A stretch of DNA of 64,000 bases, taken from the NCBI GenBank assembly GCA_028697555.1, contig JAQVEX010000004.1, positions 9,332 to 73,331 on the forward strand, in the 5' to 3' direction. The notes under the pieces were generated by a model. That model did not search any database and was not told the DNA's origin. It was given only the letters and a program-made list of their open reading frames with translations. The number at the start of each line of letters is the position of its first letter. The first letter of the stretch is position 1. The DNA is from Lentimicrobiaceae bacterium (GTDB taxonomy: Bacteria > Bacteroidota > Bacteroidia > Bacteroidales > UBA4417). The translations under genes and the position numbers were made by a program. Below, one piece after another: positions 47,749 to 57,017 of the stretch.

Positions 47749-48017
47749 TTTTGTTAAACTGCCGTGTAATAAACGAACTTCACTCTTTTCGTATAGATAA
47801 TCTATCATAGAAAAAAATATCAATAGCCAAAAACTTTGCTTTAAAAGGACGGCATACATTTCTTCTGAATGAAGTTCGAAATGAATCCTTAGTGAGAACG
47901 GGAAGTTCCGAGCTTGCTCGGAAATCACCCGCACGAACTTAGGATTCATGAGAACGTAATTCAGAAAAGAAATGTCAGCCTTGACTTTTTGGTTCTTTTG
48001 TGTCAAGACAAAAGAAC
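47749..48017. repeat. Structured interspersed repeat, copy 1: a ~118-nt rod-like imperfect palindrome at 47857..47974 plus a terminal hairpin at 47992..48017.
   Basis: It aligns by eye to 62324..62659 with few differences in the core. I saw only four substitutions across the ~140-nt core compared base by base. Confidence 0.85.
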
Positions 48018-48090
48018 ATAAAAAAGATAGAGACAAAACAGTTTATTTGAAACATTTTAGCCTAATCAAAGCTTTAATTTAAGAAATAAG

Positions 48091-48240
48091 CATTTTCAGT
48101 GCTTCGGTCTTCGGCGCTTCGATACACCTTCGGCACTCAGCGACCTTCAGACACCGAAGCAACTGAAAATGTTGCACCGACCACCAACCACCAACCACCA
48201 ACCACCAACCACAGACCACTGGTTGCTAATTGCTAATTGC
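48091..48240. repeat. GC-rich CTTCGGNN-type octamer hairpin (48091..48171) followed by CCAACCA x4 heptamers and GCTAATT units
   Basis: CATTTTCAGTGCTTCGGT ... ACCGAAGCAACTGAAAATG stem. The last four codons and TAG stop of the 48226..50280 gene lie in the GCAATTA units on the minus strand. Confidence 0.85.
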
Positions 48241-50280
48241 ATCAACCGCTGCATCTACCGCATTTAGCAATGGTTCAATAGAAATTTGATTACCGACTGC
48301 TTTTTTCATCCATTGTTGTGGAGTAAGTCTGCCTTGGGTGTAAATTCTTTCAAATTCTTTGGCAAAATCTTTACCTACAAAATGCTGACTTAGTTGAAAA
48401 TCGATAACGTGCCCTATTGGGTAGTAAGACAAATAAAGCGGATAATCAATCATATGCGAATAAATACCCAAGATAGGTTCGTCTTTACCTCCCAAAACAT
48501 CGGCGTAGTATGAGTTCCAAACGTCTTTTGCAATTCTTACGACAGTTTCTTTAAGCTGTTTTTCGTCGGCGTTGGGATTATCGTAAAGCCATTTCCAAAC
48601 TTCAATATCTACAAGCGCAACGCCCATAATTTCGTAGCATGACCAGAAATTATCCAAAGCATTTTTATGTTCCGACGATTCGTCTTTAGTTTTAGAACCC
48701 AATAATATTTCAAGGTCTCTGTTTTGGAACAAAAATGCTGCAGCTTCGGTAAAGGCATTGTTAGGAACGCCTGACAACATCCAGTACGGCACATCGTTTA
48801 TGCTTAACGTTTGCTCAACATTATGACCAAACTCGTGAATAGCAATATTATATCCTTTATAATCCATTCCCGTTTCAGCAATACGAGTCCTTAGGTGTGC
48901 GTAATCGTTTTTCATAGCTGCACCCCAAGCATGTCCGGAACCGACAGCAGCATCGACTTTTATAAGTTTTGCTATTTCCTGAGCTCTATCTTTTTGCCAT
49001 CCTAATTTTACAAGAATATTCGGCAAATCCTTTTCAAAAGCTATAGTATTGGGATATTTCGTTTCAGTAATTACCGAAAGCTTAGTTTGGTCTATATTGC
49101 TTCTTTCTTTAAAGCCGTCGTACCAAATATCGTAAGGACGCAAATCGCGTTTTAAATCTTGCTTAATAATAGCTGCAACCTTAGCAACTTGCTCAGAAGA
49201 CAATAGAGATTTAAAGAGTGCTTCGACATCATCTACAGAAATTTCCATAGTTCTGTCAAAATTACGACTAATAAAAGTAGGAGAAGTCGGAGTGTATTTA
49301 TCTACCGCCGATAATGCCTTAAAATTGTTGAGAAGGTGCATGTATCGAGTGTCGGGTTCGGCTGTGAATGTTTGTTCGGCATCATCGACATAAATTTTAT
49401 TCGAGAAAGGATTCCACATATATTCGGAACTGTTTATAACTTTCTGCGGAATAGTTTGATAAACAATGTGTTTCATCACTTCGTAAATAGCTTCTTGTCT
49501 GTTAAAACCGTTTTCGCTATCGGCGTAGTTGGCTTTTATTTCATCGCGAAGTCCCCAATGAGAAATAAGACTTTTTCCTTGATCGAATATTTTTTCGTTG
49601 TTATCATTAATCAGGCAACCCGTATTAATGTTGTAGTTTGAAATGTAAAAATCGCCATTGGCATAGGTTTTAGCAATATTCTGATTTAATTCCGAAGGAA
49701 TTCGGTAAGTAAACATATCGCCCAAACGAGCGTAAGCCCATTGCTTGGCTGTCCAATTTTCTCCCAATGTGTTTTTTTGCTCTAATGAATAGTTAGGAAA
49801 GTTCAGAATACAAACGTGAGCTATCTTGTTTAGATACAAGTCGGAAAACAAATGCGACGATATGTCGAACTCTGAAAAGAGCAAATCTACAGGAAGCGGT
49901 TTGTAATTGGAAAGCTGAACAGGTTCTTTTATAAACAAATCGGTTTTGTTGAAATTACCTACAATGGCTTCCATATTGCGGTCTATTCTGTAGAAAAGAC
50001 TATCCAATTCTACAGGGTCTGTGACGAAGTATTTTTTACAAAATTCCGCAAACTCCTTTTCGGTTCCGTCTTCGCTTGTCCACAGCTGTGCCAATTGGTT
50101 TACTCCAATATTGGCTCGTTGCAATGTTGCCTCATCGGCAGATACGGCAATACTATCTATTGTTTGTTCAATAGTTTGTTTTGTAATTTTTGCGATTGAG
50201 CCTTTGTCGGTTCCAGTACTACACGAACTAATAAGCACAACAAGGCTTACAATGATTGATAAAAATGTAATTTTTTTCAT
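48226..50280 (-). CDS. Zinc metallopeptidase lipoprotein (HEFGH motif, possibly M3-like)
   Basis: 684 aa. Lipobox LISSC. The single HExxH is in AIHEFGHNVEQ. The family assignment is tentative. Confidence 0.6.
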   Translation of the reverse strand: MKKITFLSIIVSLVVLISSCSTGTDKGSIAKITKQTIEQTIDSIAVSADEATLQRANIGVNQLAQLWTSEDGTEKEFAEFCKKYFVTDPVELDSLFYRIDRNMEAIVGNFNKTDLFIKEPVQLSNYKPLPVDLLFSEFDISSHLFSDLYLNKIAHVCILNFPNYSLEQKNTLGENWTAKQWAYARLGDMFTYRIPSELNQNIAKTYANGDFYISNYNINTGCLINDNNEKIFDQGKSLISHWGLRDEIKANYADSENGFNRQEAIYEVMKHIVYQTIPQKVINSSEYMWNPFSNKIYVDDAEQTFTAEPDTRYMHLLNNFKALSAVDKYTPTSPTFISRNFDRTMEISVDDVEALFKSLLSSEQVAKVAAIIKQDLKRDLRPYDIWYDGFKERSNIDQTKLSVITETKYPNTIAFEKDLPNILVKLGWQKDRAQEIAKLIKVDAAVGSGHAWGAAMKNDYAHLRTRIAETGMDYKGYNIAIHEFGHNVEQTLSINDVPYWMLSGVPNNAFTEAAAFLFQNRDLEILLGSKTKDESSEHKNALDNFWSCYEIMGVALVDIEVWKWLYDNPNADEKQLKETVVRIAKDVWNSYYADVLGGKDEPILGIYSHMIDYPLYLSYYPIGHVIDFQLSQHFVGKDFAKEFERIYTQGRLTPQQWMKKAVGNQISIEPLLNAVDAAVDAISN

Positions 50281-50341
50281 ATGCTAGTATTTTTTAGGTT
50301 AATATTAAGAAACTTATATGTTTTTGTGTTTCAACTAATTA

Positions 50342-51313
50342 TTAATACTCACGACTGATAAGGTCGTTGGTCAGATTAATAAAAAATTCTTTATTGTCGT
50401 TGCTTAATGATGTATTTTGGAGCTGATTTATTGCTTTTTCCGAATACTTCTCGATAAATTTTTCGGTAACGGATCTTATATCCAAATCGCTGTATATTTG
50501 AGTTACCTTTTTGATTTTCTTTGTATCTTCAATTTGAGTGCTCATGTAAATATCAGACAATAACTTTTTGTCCTCGCCAAGTAATTCCAATGCTTTCAGA
50601 TACACAAAAGTTTTTTTGGCACTCAATATATCGCCTCCGTTGATTTTACCGAATACCGATGTGTTGCTGTATATATCCAAAAGGTCGTCTCTGAGCTGAA
50701 AAGCAAGTCCCAAGTTTACTCCAAAATCATAAAGCAGGTTGCAATCGTTTTTGTCGGCATCGGCTATGGTTGCACCAATTAACATACAAGCTCCCAAAAA
50801 CACCGATGTTTTGAGTCTTATCATGTTTATGTAATCGTCAATGCTTACATTTTCCATGGTTTCAAAATCCAAATCCAATTGCTGTCCTTCGCAAATTTCG
50901 ATAGCCGTTTTGTTAAACACTTCCACAACAGGTTTAATGTAAGCACTATCAACATTAACCATGCAGTTTGATGCTATCGCAAACATGGTATCGCCGGAAA
51001 GTATTGCAATATTCGGGTTCCATTTTTTGTAAACGGTTTCTACACCTCTTCTGATAGGAGCTTTGTCCATAATATCGTCGTGGATAAGTGTAAAATTATG
51101 GAAGATTTCCATACCGATAGCCGGATAAATTGCATGTTTCCAATCCTTACCGAAAGCTTCGCAGGTAGCAAGCACAAGAGTCGGACGTAAACGCTTTCCG
51201 CCCTGCTCCATAGTATATTTTATGGGTTCGTACAAATTGTGCGGAGTCTCAGGATACTCTAATCTGCTTAAATATTCATTGACATACTGTTGATATTCAG
51301 AAAGTTTCAGCAT
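50342..51313 (-). CDS. Polyprenyl diphosphate synthase
   Basis: 323 aa. First and second Asp-rich motifs (LIHDDIMD, RDDLLD). Confidence 0.85.
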   Translation of the reverse strand: MLKLSEYQQYVNEYLSRLEYPETPHNLYEPIKYTMEQGGKRLRPTLVLATCEAFGKDWKHAIYPAIGMEIFHNFTLIHDDIMDKAPIRRGVETVYKKWNPNIAILSGDTMFAIASNCMVNVDSAYIKPVVEVFNKTAIEICEGQQLDLDFETMENVSIDDYINMIRLKTSVFLGACMLIGATIADADKNDCNLLYDFGVNLGLAFQLRDDLLDIYSNTSVFGKINGGDILSAKKTFVYLKALELLGEDKKLLSDIYMSTQIEDTKKIKKVTQIYSDLDIRSVTEKFIEKYSEKAINQLQNTSLSNDNKEFFINLTNDLISREY

Positions 51314-51322
51314 GGTAATATT

Positions 51323-52189
51323 TTATTTTGTTTTAATTAAGTTAACAAGATACTCACCGTATCCGCTTTTTATAAGTGGTTGAGCTATTTGTTCCAACTT
51401 GGCTGCATCTATAAAGCCCATACGATAGGCAACTTCTTCAATACAGCCGATTTTAAGACCTTGCCTGTCTTCGATAATTTGCACAAATTGCGAAGCCTGC
51501 ATCAGCGATGCAAACGTGCCTGTATCAAGCCATGCCGAACCTCTGCCCAACAAAGCTACTTTAAGTTTGTTATTGTCAAGATAGTGTTTGTTTACGTCGG
51601 TTATTTCGTATTCGCCTCTTTTGCTGGGTTTGATGTTTTTTGCTACTTCAACAACAGTATTATCGTAGAAATACAAACCGGGCACAGCATAATTTGATTT
51701 CGGATTTGCCGGTTTTTCTTCTATAGAAATGGCTTCCATTTTGTCGTTAAATTCAACAACACCATACCTTTCGGGGTCGTTGACGTGATATGCAAAAACA
51801 ACACCTCCATCAGGATCAACGCAGCTGCTAAGAGTTTTTTGCAGACTTGTTCCGTAAAATATATTGTCGCCCAAAATAAGGACAACACTATCGTTGCCAA
51901 TAAACTTTTCGCCTATAACAAATGCCTGAGCAATGCCGTTGGGAACAGCTTGTTCGGCGTATGAAAACGAACAACCTATATCTTCGCCGCTGCCCAAAAG
52001 AGCTTTAAAACCCGGTAAATCACGCGGAGTGCTGATAATTAATATTTCGTTTATGCCTGCCATCATCAGTGTTGACAACGGATAGTATATCATTGGCTTG
52101 TCGTAAACAGGTATTAATTGCTTACTCAGTGTGAGCGTTATTGGATGTAAACGTGTACCAGCTCCTCCGGCTAAAATTATTCCTTTCAT
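51323..52189 (-). CDS. rfbA: Glucose-1-phosphate thymidylyltransferase
   Basis: 288 aa. [18 protein letters not shown] and strong overall RmlA-like sequence. Confidence 0.9.
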   Translation of the reverse strand: MKGIILAGGAGTRLHPITLTLSKQLIPVYDKPMIYYPLSTLMMAGINEILIISTPRDLPGFKALLGSGEDIGCSFSYAEQAVPNGIAQAFVIGEKFIGNDSVVLILGDNIFYGTSLQKTLSSCVDPDGGVVFAYHVNDPERYGVVEFNDKMEAISIEEKPANPKSNYAVPGLYFYDNTVVEVAKNIKPSKRGEYEITDVNKHYLDNNKLKVALLGRGSAWLDTGTFASLMQASQFVQIIEDRQGLKIGCIEEVAYRMGFIDAAKLEQIAQPLIKSGYGEYLVNLIKTK

Positions 52190-52315
52190 AGTTGGTGTTT
52201 TTGTATTATAAACTGTTTTATTTCGGACTACAAAGTTATAATTATTTTAACTTATTCTGAAATTTAAAATATTGTTTTAAAGTTTATTACGTTTGCAAAC
52301 TACTGATAGTTCGGC

Positions 52316-52642
52316 TTATAACAACTTCGGATTGTTTTTGTGGCGCGTGCTGTCGCGTTTGGTTTTCTTGTCGAAGTTTTTTTCTATGGCATCTTCCAAA
52401 TTAATATCACACTGATTTGCAATACAAGTCAAGACAAACAAAACATCTGCTATTTCGTCTGCTAAATTCAAATCAGCATCGGATTGTTTGCAACTTTGCT
52501 CACCGTATTTTCTGGCGACAATTCTAGCCATTTCGCCGACTTCTTCCATCAATATTACCGTATTTGTCAGCTCCGAGTAATATCTTACTCCATATTCTTT
52601 TATCCATTTATCGGTTTTAGTTTGAAGTTCATCTAAGGTCAT
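52316..52642 (-). CDS. MazG-like nucleotide pyrophosphohydrolase (single domain)
   Basis: 108 aa. EEVGE....E.aDvl pattern (LMEEVGEMARIV ... LADEIADVLFVL). Confidence 0.7.
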   Translation of the reverse strand: MTLDELQTKTDKWIKEYGVRYYSELTNTVILMEEVGEMARIVARKYGEQSCKQSDADLNLADEIADVLFVLTCIANQCDINLEDAIEKNFDKKTKRDSTRHKNNPKLL

Positions 52643-52653
52643 AATTCTGTTTT

Positions 52654-53517
52654 TTACTGATTATATATTGTTATGTTTTGTTTGCTTAGCTCGACAAGTT
52701 TGTCGAAAAGCGGTTTACAATCGGCTCTGAAAAATCTGTTGGATTTTATAGTTATATTTTGGCAAATTTCGGGTTCGATATTGGTGTTGACAAACTTACG
52801 TATATCGAAATTGCTGATGTTTTTGCTGGCAACAAGAGTTTTAACCTTCATTTCTTCGGAATTGTACCCAATAACTGTTGCATCGTATATCTTTTCATTG
52901 CGAGTTTTGAATGGAAATTCCGATTTTAAAACATCTTCGGGACAATGAATAAATGACATAAACGTTGCATCGACGCCAATTCCAATGGTTTTGCCGTTGC
53001 TGACTACAAGTTTGTATAAAGGACTTTCGGTTCCGCAAGGATAAATATCATTGTGATGAGTATTTACAAAATAATCAGCTTTACTACCTATGGCAACAAT
53101 ACTGTTGGTAGGGTGCAGACTGCGTTTTGCTTCGGGATGCCGCCTTGCCAATTCGCTGAGCATACCCATTACCGAAGGCGATTTCCTCACATCGAAAACG
53201 GTATTGGCTTCCAATAATTCTTCCGCTCTTTTGGTAGAATGCCAACAAGGAAACAATAATGCACCTTCTTTTCCAACAATTTCGAGCAATAAGTTCAATA
53301 TTTCCAAAGGATTGCAAGTGGTTTTCAAAAAATCCATTGAGCTGTGTATCAGCACATGGTCGCCTTTTTGCAACTTTAAAGTGTTGATTAATATATCTTT
53401 AAGTTCGTCATAGCTAAGTGGCTCGTACTTACTGCTCTGCCTTGTACGATATATTTTTCTGATTTTAATAAACCACTTTTCGGGAAGAATTTTATACAAA
53501 AATCGTGTTATTTGCAT
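52654..53517 (-). CDS. AAC(3)-family N-acetyltransferase-like protein
   Basis: 287 aa. GDHVLIHSSMDFL ... GKEGALLFP pattern typical of the AAC(3) fold. Confidence 0.55.
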   Translation of the reverse strand: MQITRFLYKILPEKWFIKIRKIYRTRQSSKYEPLSYDELKDILINTLKLQKGDHVLIHSSMDFLKTTCNPLEILNLLLEIVGKEGALLFPCWHSTKRAEELLEANTVFDVRKSPSVMGMLSELARRHPEAKRSLHPTNSIVAIGSKADYFVNTHHNDIYPCGTESPLYKLVVSNGKTIGIGVDATFMSFIHCPEDVLKSEFPFKTRNEKIYDATVIGYNSEEMKVKTLVASKNISNFDIRKFVNTNIEPEICQNITIKSNRFFRADCKPLFDKLVELSKQNITIYNQ

Positions 53518-53523
53518 TGCGTT

Positions 53524-54549
53524 TTATAAATCTTTAAAGGTTGTAAACTCGGCTTCGGGGTACTCTTCTCTAACCTGAGAAATGAATTTTTTCATCAAAT
53601 AAAAACTCCTTTCATTCATAGACTTAGGATGCGAACAACTTGAAATTATTATTTCGCTGTTTTTTTTGTGTTTTTTTATTTGATATTCTAAAATTTTTAG
53701 GTTGTAAGTATCTGAATACGTGTAATTGTCGAAAGTTAGCATTCGGTTTGCCAACTTCATTTTTATTTTTTCGCCAAGTGTGGGACTGTAATTTTGATGT
53801 ATCATAGTGCCGTGTACAGAACCCTTTTGTTTTGAAAATTTGAGTTTTAAAGCTGTTGGCACTTCAAAAAGTTTTTTCGGAATTGTGGCGATGGGAATTT
53901 CCCTTATTCCCGATTGATTATTAACTCTGAAATTTCCGGATTCATCGATTAACCAAGTTTGCGATTTGGGATATTTTCGGAAGTCAACAGTTGAAATCTG
54001 CGAAGCAAAATAATAACCCAGAGCAATTGAGCTGTCGTATTTTATGCCGTTTTCTATCAGCGATTTGAAAATCAGGTCTGATGCAGGCTCAATATTATAA
54101 CCGCCGGCACGATAGGCAATAATTTTATGATTGGCGTCGGCTTGTTGAGTTATTTGCGACAACAATTTGTGCGACAAAGTAATTATTTCGGAAATACTAT
54201 ACTCTTTATCGTTTGCAAAATCGCTTAATGAAAAATCAGTTGAGTAAAGGACTTTTCCGTTTTCAAAACTGCTTGTAAGCCAATGCGGATGCACATGCAA
54301 CTGCACATCGTGGTTTTGCTTTATAGCGTTTTCTATTTGCTCAACATAAGGTTGGTAAAAGCCGTTGTAGTCCCATTGCTTGAACTTGTAAGCCGACAAA
54401 ATATCTGCAAACAAAGTTATAGGCACGTTTTCTTGCTCCGCTATATTTAACAGATTGTCAGTCGGATTAAAAAGTGCTTGCGCATAATCGGTACGCAGTT
54501 CGCCCAAAGGCAACTCGTAATCGAAAGTAAGCAAAATTTTAATTTTCAT
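53524..54549 (-). CDS. Polysaccharide deacetylase (CE4/NodB)-like protein
   Basis: LLTFDYE and HVHPHW resemble NodB motifs 1 and 2. The ATG at 54549 is preferred over the TTG at 54573. The assignment is weak. Confidence 0.45.
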   Translation of the reverse strand: MKIKILLTFDYELPLGELRTDYAQALFNPTDNLLNIAEQENVPITLFADILSAYKFKQWDYNGFYQPYVEQIENAIKQNHDVQLHVHPHWLTSSFENGKVLYSTDFSLSDFANDKEYSISEIITLSHKLLSQITQQADANHKIIAYRAGGYNIEPASDLIFKSLIENGIKYDSSIALGYYFASQISTVDFRKYPKSQTWLIDESGNFRVNNQSGIREIPIATIPKKLFEVPTALKLKFSKQKGSVHGTMIHQNYSPTLGEKIKMKLANRMLTFDNYTYSDTYNLKILEYQIKKHKKNSEIIISSCSHPKSMNERSFYLMKKFISQVREEYPEAEFTTFKDL

Positions 54550-54610
54550 CTGTTTATAATTTTGTCGGTGCAAATTCTCTTTTTCCGGCGTTGAACTTTT
54601 GCCAAGCTAT

Positions 54611-54847
54611 TTATTTTTTCTTTTCAATAATCGAAACTAATTTAGCAATGTCGGATATTTCGACCAACTCAGTAAGCGAAAACTCAATTCCAAATACTTC
54701 CTCAACTTCGGTAATAATTTGAGCATGAGTCAGCGAATCCCAACCATTAATGGTTTCGGGTGTGTCAGTCAGACTAATTTTCAGATTCTTATTCTTTAAA
54801 ATCTTTACAAAAATTTCGTTGATTTTTTCTAAAATATTGTTCTCCAT
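54611..54847 (-). CDS. Acyl/peptidyl carrier protein
   Basis: 78 aa. Phosphopantetheine attachment context GWDSLTHAQ. Confidence 0.75.
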   Translation of the reverse strand: MENNILEKINEIFVKILKNKNLKISLTDTPETINGWDSLTHAQIITEVEEVFGIEFSLTELVEISDIAKLVSIIEKKK

Positions 54848-54856
54848 ACGTTTTTG

Positions 54857-55516
54857 TTATAATTCGATCTCTAATAGTAAACGAGAATTTCCATTGTAAT
54901 ATTCTGCCACCTTCGGATTATTATCGGTAATTTTTCCAATAATTTTCATTCCTGCTTTTTGCATGGCTCTGACCGAAATCACATTTTCTTCGATAATATA
55001 TCCGTGCATCTTTTCCGCTCCCAAATGCTTCAATCTATTAATGTGATAATCGACAAACATTTTGGGTAAATTGTGTCCTCTAACTTCGGGTTCAATGTAC
55101 ATGTACTCTAATTGTATAACGTTTGGCACGCGTTTAAACGAAAGATTTTCAACGTCGCCGATGTTCTTGTAAAAAACGTTCATTTTTTCTTTAGAAAAGC
55201 CCTTTTTAAAAGCATTTATTTTGAGCATTGAAGACGAAATGCCTGCAATACCTTCGACCCAAGCTCCGCAACAAGCTACGCTTTTATTGTTTTGCACGGC
55301 AATACCGTAAGAGTCCATCGAAAATTCGTAGTTGGGTAAATTAATTTCCAAAATGGCGACAAGAAAATCGTAAAATTCGGCTTCGCTGATTTCAAACAGT
55401 CTGCAATAACTGACAGTCGCTCCCATTCCCTTTTCAGCATTGATAATAACTTTGGCTATAAACGGAATATCGTTTTTGTTGGCAGGTCGGATTGTTATTT
55501 CGTTGTTATTTGTCAT
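54857..55516 (-). CDS. GNAT-family N-acyltransferase
   Basis: 219 aa. Acetyl-CoA-binding-like segment IEPEVRGHNLPKMFVDY. Overlaps the adenylation gene by 11 nt. Confidence 0.5.
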   Translation of the reverse strand: MTNNNEITIRPANKNDIPFIAKVIINAEKGMGATVSYCRLFEISEAEFYDFLVAILEINLPNYEFSMDSYGIAVQNNKSVACCGAWVEGIAGISSSMLKINAFKKGFSKEKMNVFYKNIGDVENLSFKRVPNVIQLEYMYIEPEVRGHNLPKMFVDYHINRLKHLGAEKMHGYIIEENVISVRAMQKAGMKIIGKITDNNPKVAEYYNGNSRLLLEIEL

Positions 55517-56999
55517 TTGCAGTGTCAGCTAAAGTTTTCTTTAAGTATTTCCTGTCGATTTTGCCGTTAAGGTTATAAGGCATTTCATCTAACAGTTCTA
55601 TTTTTTTGGGAACCATGTATTTAGGCAGGTTTTCGCCCAAAAAACTTATAAAATCGTCTTCATTGTACAAATTGGCATCGGCAACAATAGCCAAAGCAAT
55701 AATTTTATTTTCGCCTTGTTCGAGGCAAACGGCAGCGGCTTGCTTGATACTTTTATGTTTTAAAGCCGCATGCTCAATTTCTCCCAACTCAATTCTGTAA
55801 CCTTGTATTTTTATTTGCGAATCGTTTCTGCCGACAAAAAAGTAATCGCCTTGCTCGTCTTTAAAAACTAAATCGGCAGACTTGTAATAAAAAGTATCGT
55901 CGATTGTAGTAAACTGCTCTTCATCAGCATTATTCAAATACGATTTAACAGTCTGATTTCCACTTATATACAGTTCGCCTAAATTGTCGTCATCAGTATT
56001 ATGAATGTAAAATTTGGTGTTTTCAAAAGGTTTACCTATGCACACAATATCGTTGTATTGCTTAGTGTTATTGGGTTGGCAGTAGTACGAAGTGCAAAAA
56101 ATTGTTGCTTCGGTTGGTCCGTACAGATTCCATATTTTGGCTTTGGGAACGCAGTTTTGCCATTTTTGTATCTGACTTGCCGACAAAGCTTCGCCACAAA
56201 AAAACCAATGCTCAACCTCGGGTAAACTAATGCGATTAAAATACGGCATCAACAAGGTTATAAACGAAGGTACGGTTAGTACATGCGTTATTTTGTTGGT
56301 CATTATTGAGTTGATGGCAACCAAGTTTTTTATAGCACCGCTGTCGCTGATGTATAAAGAAGCTCCGGCTATAAACGGTATCAAAAAAGAAAACACCGAC
56401 AAGTCGAAGGTTAAATCAAAGACTTGCAGAAATTTAGACTTTGAGCTTATATCCCATGGTTGACTAAAAACAATATCCACAAAGGAATTCAAATTTTCGG
56501 GATAAATAGGAACTCCTTTAGGAATGCCGGTTGTGCCGGAAGTAAACAAAATATAAACCGGATTGTTTGAAAAAGTAATATCAAGCTCATCTTCCAATTT
56601 GTTTTGACCTTCAAGTTTTAAAATCAATTTGCTAATCAGCTCATTTTCAGATAAGTCAGTATCAGGAGAGCAAAAAATATGTTTTATATCAGTTTGGTCG
56701 ATAATGTGTTTATTCCTCTCAACAGGATGCGTGGGTTCTATTGGGATATACGTAATTCCGCTGATAATGCAGGCAACAATAGCGCTGTAAGTATAAAAAT
56801 CGTGGTGATTGATAATGCCTAATTTGTCGGAGATATTGTTTTGTTTGAATAAACCACTATACTTTGAAATCTGAATTTTAAATTCGTTGTAGGTATATGC
56901 ACGTTCGGGAGTAACAATAGCAATGCTATCGCTGCCGCTGTTGATTGAGTTTATCAACGACAGTTTAAATTTACAGTTTGCTATATCAGGTTTTTCCAA
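55506..56999 (-). CDS. Stand-alone adenylation enzyme (ANL superfamily, DltA-like amino acid--carrier protein ligase)
   Basis: 497 aa. Core motifs ILFTSGTTGIPKG (A3), LYGPTEAT (A5), GELYISG (A6), YKSADL (A7), GRNDSQIKIQGYRIELGEIE (A8), NLNGKIDRK (A10). Apparent TTG start. Confidence 0.8.
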   Translation of the reverse strand: MEKPDIANCKFKLSLINSINSGSDSIAIVTPERAYTYNEFKIQISKYSGLFKQNNISDKLGIINHHDFYTYSAIVACIISGITYIPIEPTHPVERNKHIIDQTDIKHIFCSPDTDLSENELISKLILKLEGQNKLEDELDITFSNNPVYILFTSGTTGIPKGVPIYPENLNSFVDIVFSQPWDISSKSKFLQVFDLTFDLSVFSFLIPFIAGASLYISDSGAIKNLVAINSIMTNKITHVLTVPSFITLLMPYFNRISLPEVEHWFFCGEALSASQIQKWQNCVPKAKIWNLYGPTEATIFCTSYYCQPNNTKQYNDIVCIGKPFENTKFYIHNTDDDNLGELYISGNQTVKSYLNNADEEQFTTIDDTFYYKSADLVFKDEQGDYFFVGRNDSQIKIQGYRIELGEIEHAALKHKSIKQAAAVCLEQGENKIIALAIVADANLYNEDDFISFLGENLPKYMVPKKIELLDEMPYNLNGKIDRKYLKKTLADTANDK

Positions 57000-57017
57000 A
57001 ACAATAAAAATTATAGG

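Noticed and set aside
47557-48036. 159-aa minus-strand ORF, and its 84-aa counterpart at 62330..62584, which share a conserved peptide (TQKNQKVKADISFLN..NPKFVRVISEQARNFPFSLRI.FELHSEEMY)
   Set aside because: The conservation is explained by the nucleotide repeat. Of the 4 core substitutions, 3 change the amino acid, and two of them form a compensatory stem pair. The ORF ends differ between copies, and copy 1 overlaps the EEP gene. A structured DNA or RNA element is the better explanation.
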